A stretch of 64,000 bases of DNA, from the NCBI GenBank assembly GCA_019323515.1, contig JAHWHG010000015.1, positions 11,375 to 75,374 on the forward strand, in the 5' to 3' direction. The stretch is from Candidatus Woesearchaeota archaeon (GTDB lineage Archaea; Nanobdellota; Nanobdellia; Woesearchaeales; JAHWHD01). A program made the position numbers and the translations under genes. How positions within the stretch are numbered: the stretch's first letter is position 1; every line of letters begins with the position of its first letter. Below are positions 45,530-54,334 of the stretch, in pieces. A model generated the notes under the pieces. That model did not search any database and had not been told where the DNA came from. It saw only the letters and a program-made list of their open reading frames with translations.

Positions 45530-47947
45530 TTAATCAGAATTATTCTCATGATTTATGACAATATACTTGACAGAGCCTTTGACTTCTGAACCGCTTTTAA
45601 CACAACCTGCATGTCCATGCTCGCTCCTTAAACCATCTGTATACTCAAACGCATTCATGCTCTCTGGAAGATTTAATTTTATATTATCTTCATAACATTC
45701 AATCTCTGCCCTCTCAGCAAGAGCTTCTAAAGCATTGCAATAACTCTCACAGCTCACACCGACAGCAACTGGCTCACCAGTCTGCTCACTCATCCTGTAA
45801 GCTTTGTCAATTACCTCTCCAAGTATAGCTTTATAGAGATTCTCACTTGCAAGGTTAGTGTAAAGCGTCTCAACAAACAGCATGGGACCCTCGAACTTAG
45901 TATCTTCTTCAGGTTCAAGTTCAACAGGCAACAACCTGTAGATGCTTCTTGCTTTAACACTTCCAAGTCCATCAATCACCTGTATCAGCCTCTTGTTAGC
46001 ATCAGCAACATATGCAAGAAGACATTTATTGTACGAAGTATGCTCAGTCCATCTCTGGCATGTCCTGACTGGAGTGCAACCTACATCAATCATAGCATTA
46101 GGGTCATCAGTATCACGTATCAATAAAGGCGTACTGTTCTTTACCTCAGGACTCTTTATCAACTCAAGTACATTATCAAGAGCTGTCTGGAAATCCTCAT
46201 GTAACTGCGCACCAATATGCGGAATGCTTGCAGTAGGAAGCTGTTCAGGCTTGTCGATTTTATGCAATGCTTGAATTATAATCGCAGCACTATACATCCC
46301 TGTCAGTCTATCAACCTGTTTATGATCTTCTCCCAAATCATCACCTTTCACTTTCTTCTGCGCGATATGCGAAATCAACATCCCTCTCTGCCTGTTAAGC
46401 TCTCCAATATCAATATACACAGGATCCTCTTCATACAATTCAATAAACCTCTGCTTCATTTCACTCCTAATCTTCCTGATAGCTTTATACTTAGGCTCTA
46501 GTCCAGATGTATCCCCCAATAACCTGGGAACATCCTTATTCTCCATCCAAACCTCAACACAACCGTGAAGACAACTCAACTGCTTATCAGCCTCATCACT
46601 GCAATACTTAAGATCCCTGAACCTGTCAAATATCAGGCTCTCCATCAACCTGCCTGCCAACCTAAATCCCTCAGGGAATTCTTTAAGATATATTGAAGAG
46701 ATATTAATCAAAGGTTTATAGGCAAATATGTAAGGATTGTCAAGCTTCCTGCATACTATCTCCTCAAACCTTTCAATAGCATCATCACTCAACTCAGCAA
46801 ACAACGGATTTCCCTGCCTGTTCAGTCTCCTGAAAGACTTAAGTATCTCCTCACCGTTCTCAAGCCTTGGATTGTATTCAGCATTAGGCATGTCAAGAAG
46901 AGCAGCAAACTTAACAAATATATCACGCGCCTGCTTGACACCATCAGCTTTCTCAAGCATATCAGTTATCACTCTTGCAGGGACTTTATACTGCATCATC
47001 TTGACTATAGAATTAAAGAACTGCCTTTTGTTATCTTTAGACTTCCTCATATGCTTTGTCCCAGCGATCTCATTCATCAGATCCATTCCATGTGAACCGA
47101 GATTCATTACAGACAGCTCGCTAAGTATAGGCAATGGAATATTTGAATAACACTCAATCATCTCATCTAAGTCACGCTTCCCGATAAACACATCAGGCTT
47201 CATCTTTGAATAAGCATGATCCTCAGGCACCACAAGACTGCACGTCTGCTCAATAAGGTCAAACAAAGCATTCATCCTGAACCCTTTATACTTCCTGTCG
47301 CGCTCCATGACATGGTCAAACAACCAGAGCGCTACTTTAGCATTCCTTTCATTGACATGCATCAATTCCCTGATTTTATCATAACACTGCTGTGCTGAGA
47401 TTTCGTTATAGGTCTTTTCCCCAATACCAGCAACACTACCGAATACCCTTGAAGGTCCAAAACCAGTTTTATCAAAATCACGGCCAGCTTCAACAATCTT
47501 CTCCAGACTATCATTAAGCTTAGGAGAAAGTTCAGCAAGACTGTCAAAGACTTTGTTAGCAAAACGCCTTTTATCAAGCTCGCCAAGTCCAAGACCAAGC
47601 ACCTCTCGCAGGCCATCTAAAGATATATCCTTGCCTGCTTCCTTGTGCCTGTCAATCAAAGCTCTGATAGAACCAATAAGCTCCTTAACATTATCACTCC
47701 TGTCTTCTTTCTTGATCCTCTTCATAACCCTATGATGCAAATTTTCAGTATCAGAATAAACACCATAAGAGATATCACCCAGGATTTTATTCAGAATCTC
47801 TCTCTGCTCCTCAAACTCTTCTTCACTCTCTAATAGCTTAAGCTGCTGCACTAGCCTCAAGGAAAGCTTGCACTCTAACTTCTGCTCAAGCTTCAACTCT
47901 TGCCTTAAACATAAACACATTCCAAGTCCTGGCATTATCAATCTCAT
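45530..47947 (-). CDS. large orphan protein (805 aa)
   Basis: Uninterrupted 2.4-kb ORF with a leaderless TATA (CATTTATAAAG about 26 nt upstream). The N-terminus is a Leu/Gln alternating segment. No family recognised. Confidence 0.7.
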   Translation of the reverse strand: MRLIMPGLGMCLCLRQELKLEQKLECKLSLRLVQQLKLLESEEEFEEQREILNKILGDISYGVYSDTENLHHRVMKRIKKEDRSDNVKELIGSIRALIDRHKEAGKDISLDGLREVLGLGLGELDKRRFANKVFDSLAELSPKLNDSLEKIVEAGRDFDKTGFGPSRVFGSVAGIGEKTYNEISAQQCYDKIRELMHVNERNAKVALWLFDHVMERDRKYKGFRMNALFDLIEQTCSLVVPEDHAYSKMKPDVFIGKRDLDEMIECYSNIPLPILSELSVMNLGSHGMDLMNEIAGTKHMRKSKDNKRQFFNSIVKMMQYKVPARVITDMLEKADGVKQARDIFVKFAALLDMPNAEYNPRLENGEEILKSFRRLNRQGNPLFAELSDDAIERFEEIVCRKLDNPYIFAYKPLINISSIYLKEFPEGFRLAGRLMESLIFDRFRDLKYCSDEADKQLSCLHGCVEVWMENKDVPRLLGDTSGLEPKYKAIRKIRSEMKQRFIELYEEDPVYIDIGELNRQRGMLISHIAQKKVKGDDLGEDHKQVDRLTGMYSAAIIIQALHKIDKPEQLPTASIPHIGAQLHEDFQTALDNVLELIKSPEVKNSTPLLIRDTDDPNAMIDVGCTPVRTCQRWTEHTSYNKCLLAYVADANKRLIQVIDGLGSVKARSIYRLLPVELEPEEDTKFEGPMLFVETLYTNLASENLYKAILGEVIDKAYRMSEQTGEPVAVGVSCESYCNALEALAERAEIECYEDNIKLNLPESMNAFEYTDGLRSEHGHAGCVKSGSEVKGSVKYIVINHENNSD

Positions 47948-48051
47948 ACTTTATAGTGCTGTAATCTTTATAAATGTTACTGAATTATTTACAATTAAGT
48001 GGTAAAAACCTTTAAATAACACCCAATACCTACAATGCATCAAGGATTGAA

Positions 48052-48402
48052 ATGGCAAAAGATCTTGAAGAAAGACTGAAACTCACAAAAAGGCAGAAAA
48101 ATATAGCTAAGAGCATGTACCAATTCAGTGTTCTTATGCGGCTAGCTGAAGAGCTGAAGAGTCTTGGAATTGAAGAAGCAAAAGCAAAGGAATATTCCAA
48201 GAGATTAGAGGACATGTACAGGGACGAAGCAGAATCTGACAAGCTTCTTGAAGAAGAAGGCTACAACAAGGAACATTTCTTTGACATGAAACCTACAGCA
48301 GCCTCGCAAGGAATTCCAATAACTCAAGAACAGTATGAGAGCATAAAACAGATTTATCTAAGCCTGACTAAAGGCATTGAAGGCAAAAACAAAGACTTAT
48401 AA
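48052..48402 (+). CDS. hypothetical charged/helical protein (116 aa)
   Basis: Clean ORF with no family recognised. Confidence 0.5.
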   Translation: MAKDLEERLKLTKRQKNIAKSMYQFSVLMRLAEELKSLGIEEAKAKEYSKRLEDMYRDEAESDKLLEEEGYNKEHFFDMKPTAASQGIPITQEQYESIKQIYLSLTKGIEGKNKDL

Positions 48403-48470
48403 AGGTTATTGCTACTTACAAGGAGTAAATTTAGAAAAGTTTATATATTCTCAAACATTAGTTGACTAAT

Positions 48471-48872
48471 ATGGGGAGGCAGGATTTAACAGCAAAGATT
48501 GAAGAGCTTAATGACATATCTATTGAAGGTTGTGCAAAGTACCTTGTGAATTTTATGAAATATGCAGGAAACATTGATGTTATAATAGCTGCTCTGCACC
48601 CTGGACTAGCAAAAAAGATGAATGATTCTATGGAAGATGGGTATCCGTTAGGATTCCAGGAGATAGGACATCCTTCAATAATATTCAATTACTTCCAAAA
48701 AAAAGGCTATGAATTTTATTTCTGCAGTGCCGAAGAGTTCCCGGACTTGTTAAAAGAAGTAAAATCAAAGATGCAAAAAAAGGGCCAGAAAGATCTTTAT
48801 CAGATCTGCCATGAAAATGATTGCCAGAAGGTTAAAGAGCAGCTTATGCAAGAAGGATTTAACCTTGCTTAA
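48471..48872 (+). CDS. hypothetical protein (133 aa)
   Basis: The ATG at 48471 lies about 26 nt downstream of GTTTATATATTC. The track start at 48462 is TTG. Confidence 0.5.
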   Translation: MGRQDLTAKIEELNDISIEGCAKYLVNFMKYAGNIDVIIAALHPGLAKKMNDSMEDGYPLGFQEIGHPSIIFNYFQKKGYEFYFCSAEEFPDLLKEVKSKMQKKGQKDLYQICHENDCQKVKEQLMQEGFNLA

Positions 48873-48877
48873 TCTCG

Positions 48878-49765
48878 TTAGTCACCGTAGATACGCTTCC
48901 TAATAACATCTCTTCTTTTTGCTTTCTCTTTATCAGTAATTCTCCCAGCTTTTGCATCCTCTTCCACCATCCTGTTGATAACCTGGTCAATCTGCGCCTT
49001 TGAAGTTTCATAAGGCGTTTGAGAACCTGCAAAGACCTGAAACCTTGCACCTCTGTAGGTAACATGCACGTCATGGGTACCGATTGTTTTATCATCAATA
49101 ATAAACCCTTCAACATTATCCTCAATCAATGGCAAGGCATCTCTAGTATCATACGGCCCTGCACCAATGGACTCAAGCTCTTTCATCTCCTCTTCATCAG
49201 GCATCCTCAATAAAGGTTTTAACCAGGGCTTGTAATTCTTGTCAAAAGCTTTGACAAACCTGTCAGCATACCACTCTATACTCTGTGGTTTAAGCTCAGT
49301 TATCTCTTTATTCTCATCCCTCTGCCTGTAAGCACTATCAATATATCCGCTTTCTTTGTATCCATCCTGAAGTATCTCCTTGATATCCGGATCCTTTGCA
49401 ACTGATTCAAGTTCATCAAGCACAACATCAGCAGGCTTGTCTGTAACAGGGTGACCTAAATCCTGGGCAATTGTCCAGTTAGGGTCAGAGAATATAACAC
49501 CTTTCTTTGTCTTCCTGAGTATACCGATAAGCTTTGACTCCTTATCATCTTCCTCACCATTCGCCAGCACCAATAAACCTGTAACAATCAACACCAAACC
49601 AATAGTACCAAACAAAACCTCAGACTCAACATAACCAATAAAACCACCAGTTATTGTTCTCTGGGAAAAGACTAATATAAACACCCCTAGAATAAACAAA
49701 AACAGACTAAGCTCTCTTTTTTTCATATTAAAACAAAACATAGTAGTATATTTAAATATTTCCAA
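48878..49765 (-). CDS. membrane-anchored hypothetical protein (295 aa)
   Basis: Two N-terminal TM segments followed by a soluble domain. No family recognised. Confidence 0.6.
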   Translation of the reverse strand: MEIFKYTTMFCFNMKKRELSLFLFILGVFILVFSQRTITGGFIGYVESEVLFGTIGLVLIVTGLLVLANGEEDDKESKLIGILRKTKKGVIFSDPNWTIAQDLGHPVTDKPADVVLDELESVAKDPDIKEILQDGYKESGYIDSAYRQRDENKEITELKPQSIEWYADRFVKAFDKNYKPWLKPLLRMPDEEEMKELESIGAGPYDTRDALPLIEDNVEGFIIDDKTIGTHDVHVTYRGARFQVFAGSQTPYETSKAQIDQVINRMVEEDAKAGRITDKEKAKRRDVIRKRIYGD

Positions 49766-49818
49766 ATTTTATTGATATCACAATAAATTTATATATCATA
49801 AGTTATTAAACTCAGAAT

Positions 49819-50382
49819 ATGAACCTTAAAAAGAGCGTGTCATTACTTCTTTCAGTTATTCTTATACTTACTCTAATGACTGCAGTGTACGCTGCCTGTC
49901 CAACACATGAATTTGCTGACGAGCTTAGCTGCCAGAAAGCATGCCTTACATGCTCACTAAATACTGGAACAGGATGCTGGGGCTGCGATGCTACCAAAGA
50001 ACTCCCAGAGAAAGAGCTTATGACAATGCTTATCAAGGAAAACCTTGAAAAGATTGACTTGAGCACAGCACCAAAGTCATTGAAGTTCATTCTCGGAAAA
50101 CCAAAAGTAAACATCATTATCAAAGAAAACGGAGACTTTGCAGTCTATGGCTTTGAGGTCACAGGTGAAAGGATCACAGGTTTTGCAGAAGGAGGAATAG
50201 AAAAACCGAATTATGAGATTACAGTATCAAAGGACGCACTTACAAAACTTATTAACTCAAAAGACCCTGCAACAACACTCGAAGAGCTCTACCTTGACGG
50301 AAAGGTCACAGTAGAAGCAAAGACTTTCGGTTCTAAGATTAAGCTATGGATAGCAAAGATGTTCATGAAGAAGAGAAGTTAA
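49819..50382 (+). CDS. secreted protein with a Cys-rich N-terminus and a possible SCP2-like C-terminal domain
   Basis: Signal peptide LLLSVILILTLMTAVYA, 8 Cys in the next 40 aa, and a C-terminus ...LEELYLDGKVTVEAKTFGSKIKLWIAKMF that is SCP2-like (tentative). Confidence 0.5.
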   Translation: MNLKKSVSLLLSVILILTLMTAVYAACPTHEFADELSCQKACLTCSLNTGTGCWGCDATKELPEKELMTMLIKENLEKIDLSTAPKSLKFILGKPKVNIIIKENGDFAVYGFEVTGERITGFAEGGIEKPNYEITVSKDALTKLINSKDPATTLEELYLDGKVTVEAKTFGSKIKLWIAKMFMKKRS

Positions 50383-50666
50383 CCATAAGCTCCTTTATCA
50401 TGCCAATAGGTTTCTCCGCATTCACATTCTGCAAATAGTTCTCCGGTATGCTCATAGCCTATTATCTTTGCCTTCTTCCCCTTACAGCATTTTGAAGACA
50501 CCTCTAAACCTAATAACCCCCACGGATCATTCTTCTTCTCTGCATTATGTTCAGGCTCCTGCACCTTAGCCTCAACTGTCTTCTCCTGACATAACTTCTG
50601 AAAAAATGAATCATTCAAAGCATCCTCAAGCAGGTCATCCTTCCTGTTCCCTACAATTTTTACCAT
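50379..50666 (-). CDS. hypothetical small protein with a C-terminal Cys/His cluster
   Basis: SSKCCKGKKAKIIGYEHTGELFAECECGETYWH. Confidence 0.45.
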   Translation of the reverse strand: MVKIVGNRKDDLLEDALNDSFFQKLCQEKTVEAKVQEPEHNAEKKNDPWGLLGLEVSSKCCKGKKAKIIGYEHTGELFAECECGETYWHDKGAYG

Positions 50667-50723
50667 AATCCTAGTTAGCTCTACAGCTTTATAAGAATTA
50701 ATATACTACAAAACAACAAAAGA

Positions 50724-50984
50724 TCAATCAGCACAATAACATCCATGCCTTACATTATCCTCTAACTTCACATCTGTGCAAAGCTCCCATGTCTTATCAT
50801 CATAAAAGAAATTCTCAGAGCTGCAGTCAGGGTTTGTACTTTCACCGATACTAGAACAGTCAAGGCAATTCCCCAGCTTATAACCCTGCTTCCTGCAATA
50901 ATCAGCGCAGTCACTGAGATTAGTCATTATCAGAACCAAGACTATTAACAACAAAAAAGCAAACAGAGCTATACCTCTTTTCAT
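50724..50984 (-). CDS. small secreted Cys-rich protein (86 aa)
   Basis: Signal/anchor segment plus 9 Cys. Leaderless TATA (GGTTTATATAGCAG on the minus strand) about 30 nt upstream. Confidence 0.55.
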   Translation of the reverse strand: MKRGIALFAFLLLIVLVLIMTNLSDCADYCRKQGYKLGNCLDCSSIGESTNPDCSSENFFYDDKTWELCTDVKLEDNVRHGCYCAD

Positions 50985-51162
50985 TTTAATAAATTAAAAG
51001 TGAGACTGCTATATAAACCTTCCCTAATGTTATCACTAAAACAATATATCAAAAGTTTTAAATACCACTATGATTAACCCTCCCTTATTCTGATTCTACA
51101 ATTCTGTTAAGACCTATCTTCACCTATATTATAGGGAGAGATCCCTAAAAAGGAGGGCTAAA

Positions 51163-51207
51163 ATGGCTAAGAAAAAAGCAAAAAAAGCAGCTAAAAAGAA
51201 AAAATAA
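51163..51207 (+). CDS. candidate 14-aa polybasic micropeptide
   Basis: AGGAGGG lies 5 nt upstream. Product MAKKKAKKAAKKKK. Confidence 0.35.
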   Translation: MAKKKAKKAAKKKK

Positions 51208-51225
51208 ATGGGAGGGTGGTCTAAT

Positions 51226-51282
51226 ATGTCTTGGGACGATGATAACGACGATGGCTATTATGATGATGAAGACGAAGAATAG
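51226..51282 (+). CDS. candidate 18-aa polyacidic micropeptide
   Basis: GGGAGGGTGG lies 6 nt upstream. Product MSWDDDNDDGYYDDEDEE. A T7 run follows at 51308-51314. Confidence 0.35.
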   Translation: MSWDDDNDDGYYDDEDEE

Positions 51283-51352
51283 ATAAGGCCAATTATTCAG
51301 TCTATTGTTTTTTTATTCTTTTATTTTCTCTTTCTAAATCTTTAGATTTATT

Positions 51353-52345
51353 CTAAAACCTAAACATCTTTAAGACAATATACAAAAACCCGCCAACAAA
51401 CAAACTAATCATGTTCATTACTAGGCTTAAGAAAAACGCTCTCTTCAGTGTAAATATTTTCTTATGGAACAAGTGTATTGCATAAGTCTCAAACCCGACA
51501 GCAAACACCTCAGAAAGTATGATTGTCAATGTAATGCTCAACTTCATTACAGGAAACAAGAACCATACTATTGGCAATGACACAATGTTCGCTATTAACA
51601 CTGTTATAAGGACCTTCTTTGACAGCTTTGCAACTGCAAGGAATATCAATGCAACCACAAACTCAAGCAGCAATGTCAATACCAAAGCAACAACAAACCC
51701 TTCAGTCTTGTCAGGCGTTATGATTGGAGTTGTCTCAATAACCATCCCACGATACGCATTAATATCAGGTGATTCAGGCACAAAATCAATCACATAACTG
51801 CTATAAAAATTCCTTCTTTCCACAGCATCAGATATCAGCATACCAGCTGTAGGATGGTATACAACTATCCTGAATTCATCCGGCAACATGTAATTGAAAT
51901 TACAGAGATTTCCATTGCAGTTTGTCCATGCAAGGTCACTGACCTTCCATACACAACCTCTCTCAAAATCAGGTTGTTTAAAAGAATAAAATACCTTACA
52001 CAACTCCTCATCAAACCCTTGATCCAAGTTATAAGCACCACAACCAGGTGTCTCATTAATATACTTCATATGCGCAACCACATTCATGCATATTCCGGGA
52101 TTCTCTCCATACTCAACAGCAAACTCCCTGCACTTACTATCCCATTCCTCCTCGTTATAATCCTCAAGAAAATCAAGGATATCTGAATAAGCAATAGACT
52201 GTCTGCACTCTAACATCTTGGCAGGCATTGCCATCGGACGTCCATCAAACAATAACTCAACCTCTGCGCTAGGCTTTGGACCTAAGTCAGCAGCAGCTAT
52301 TGAAATTAGAATTACAAACATAACAAGATAGGTTAACCTTTTCAT
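51353..52345 (-). CDS. exported Cys-rich domain protein with a C-terminal 4-TM region
   Basis: Signal peptide LVMFVILISIAAA, an ectodomain with about 12 Cys, then four hydrophobic helices. Confidence 0.6.
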   Translation of the reverse strand: MKRLTYLVMFVILISIAAADLGPKPSAEVELLFDGRPMAMPAKMLECRQSIAYSDILDFLEDYNEEEWDSKCREFAVEYGENPGICMNVVAHMKYINETPGCGAYNLDQGFDEELCKVFYSFKQPDFERGCVWKVSDLAWTNCNGNLCNFNYMLPDEFRIVVYHPTAGMLISDAVERRNFYSSYVIDFVPESPDINAYRGMVIETTPIITPDKTEGFVVALVLTLLLEFVVALIFLAVAKLSKKVLITVLIANIVSLPIVWFLFPVMKLSITLTIILSEVFAVGFETYAIHLFHKKIFTLKRAFFLSLVMNMISLFVGGFLYIVLKMFRF

Positions 52346-52764
52346 TGCCTTAACTCAATATCAATTGTTCTTGTTGCAGCCAGCTCTCCGGAATTAAGCA
52401 CTTCACATGTTATCTGGTAAGTTCCAGGCCTTACTCCAGCACAACCATAACAGCTAGGAGCCTGATACTCAACCTCTAAGGTATTCTCTCCAACCACTAA
52501 AGGCCTTACAATAGATTCATCAATCCTGTTCCTTGAAGCCATTATCCCGTAAAACCTGACTGTAACATTCTCAAGTTCTCTATTGGAACTTATAGAGGAT
52601 GCCATCCTTATGACCTCATTGGAATGATAAAGCTCTCTGTCTGTTGTAAAAGAAATCACGCTCACTGTAAGAGGCTCTTCAGTATCCTCCAATTTAAATG
52701 CTTGTGTCTGACAACCAACAACTAATATTAAGGTTAATAATCCAAACAATATTATTTTGTTCAT
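52342..52764 (-). CDS. predicted lipoprotein (beta-sandwich-like, 140 aa)
   Basis: MNKIILFGLLTLILVVG|C lipobox. 4-nt overlap with the downstream gene. Confidence 0.6.
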   Translation of the reverse strand: MNKIILFGLLTLILVVGCQTQAFKLEDTEEPLTVSVISFTTDRELYHSNEVIRMASSISSNRELENVTVRFYGIMASRNRIDESIVRPLVVGENTLEVEYQAPSCYGCAGVRPGTYQITCEVLNSGELAATRTIDIELRQ

Positions 52765-52866
52765 TATACTGCAACAAACATATTTAATACTATAAAAACC
52801 TTTTCAAAACTCCTAAGTTTTTTGAACCTAAATCTTTATAATTCAAAAACCACTACCAGCAAAAAT

Positions 52867-53343
52867 ATGAAACAATTAGTAGACATGAAAGAATACGTAA
52901 AATCAAACCAAAGCCTGAACGCCATTGTTCTAGGCAACTGCGCAGTCGGAGCTGTATACAAGAGAAATGCATTCCTTGCTAATCTCTCACCACTCGAAGC
53001 ACATGAACTTGAACCGATGATAAGAGACATATACAAGTCAGAACCAAAGATTGATAAGAAATATCTGCACATATTCATCGCAGGAGGAGCACTTGAAACA
53101 GAACTCTTCAAGGACCATCCAGAAAAGTTTCAGGTATACAAGGAATGGATACTAGAGGGAAGGGAAGATGTATTGAAAAAGTTCAAGGAACACAAGCTTG
53201 CATCAAGAGTAAGAAAAGTACGCTGGGCACCCGTTGACCAAAGGATACAGCTTACTATTGACATGGAGATGAGAAGGGTCGCAATATGCTACTTCCACTG
53301 GACTAATCTGTTTTTTGACAAGTTTTTCAGGTATAAGGTTTAA
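52867..53343 (+). CDS. hypothetical protein (158 aa)
   Basis: The ATG at 52867 lies about 25 nt downstream of TCTTTATAATTC. The track start at 52822 is TTG. Confidence 0.5.
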   Translation: MKQLVDMKEYVKSNQSLNAIVLGNCAVGAVYKRNAFLANLSPLEAHELEPMIRDIYKSEPKIDKKYLHIFIAGGALETELFKDHPEKFQVYKEWILEGREDVLKKFKEHKLASRVRKVRWAPVDQRIQLTIDMEMRRVAICYFHWTNLFFDKFFRYKV

Positions 53344-53401
53344 TAAATCATCAAGCAAATAGTATAAGATAATTAAGTCTCACAAGACTAGATCCAAAAG
53401 C

Positions 53402-54334
53402 CTAGCACTTCCTTTCCTTTATCTTCTCGTACACTAAGGTCAAACCTTCAATTATATCCTGCATCCTTGTATATCTCTTTGAAAACATTGTCACTGGGTT
53501 AATCAGTTTCATGAAATCTGCGCATCTCTGAGGGTTGATTGTCAGGTAAACATACCTTATCCCCAGCTCTTTCCCTTCTTCCATTGCCTTCATTGTGTCA
53601 TGGTATGCAATGTCATCCTGATAATAAGCATAGTCACAGTTAGGAAATCCATCAGTCACTATAAAGAGATATCTAGGCTCTGGCATCTTCAACAGCTCCT
53701 CATTCGCAAAACGTATAGCTGCTCCGTCCTTGTTGTTAAAGTATTCTGTGCACGCAGTATGTTCAAGTGCAGATATCCTCTCTTCAATCCTTCTATCCCA
53801 GGGTTCTGCTGTAGTCTTCAACCTTTCCATTATTGTCGGATCAGCATCCCTGTAAGAATGAAAGCTGTAGACAAAGAAAGGTTCATCTATGTTCCTAAGC
53901 GACCTACCTATTGTCAGGGTAGCATACTTTATCAGGTCAATCCTTCTATGTTCACCATCAACTGAAAACCGAGTAGAACCGCTCTGGTCAAGGATGATCC
54001 CAAGTGACATGTTCAGTTTCAGAAGCTGCCTTCTCTGGTTGATCCTCCTGTCATACACCTTCTGCGTCAAGTCCTGGCCAGAATGCAACCTCACAAGTTC
54101 ATCCTTGACATACCTTTGATTGATCCTTCCACGCTTCTTTGTATGCCTCTCGATCTCCTTCTTCTTTACCCTGAACCTTCCAAGACTGTTCGACAAGATC
54201 TCTGACATTGTCCCGTAGCTCTTTAGATATTTCTCAAGCTCTCCGCAATCCCTTTCATCAAAGTCATTCACTTCAACAGTTGCTTCCCTAGTGTACGCTC
54301 TCTCTTCACAATCCCATTCCTTATACCTTTTCAT
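53402..54334 (-). CDS. von Willebrand factor A domain protein (NorD/CobT/CbbO-like partner of an AAA+ ATPase)
   Basis: MIDAS LGIILDQSGST, later FIVTDGFPN. ATGA start/stop overlap with the ATPase gene at 54331-54334. Confidence 0.8.
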   Translation of the reverse strand: MKRYKEWDCEERAYTREATVEVNDFDERDCGELEKYLKSYGTMSEILSNSLGRFRVKKKEIERHTKKRGRINQRYVKDELVRLHSGQDLTQKVYDRRINQRRQLLKLNMSLGIILDQSGSTRFSVDGEHRRIDLIKYATLTIGRSLRNIDEPFFVYSFHSYRDADPTIMERLKTTAEPWDRRIEERISALEHTACTEYFNNKDGAAIRFANEELLKMPEPRYLFIVTDGFPNCDYAYYQDDIAYHDTMKAMEEGKELGIRYVYLTINPQRCADFMKLINPVTMFSKRYTRMQDIIEGLTLVYEKIKERKC

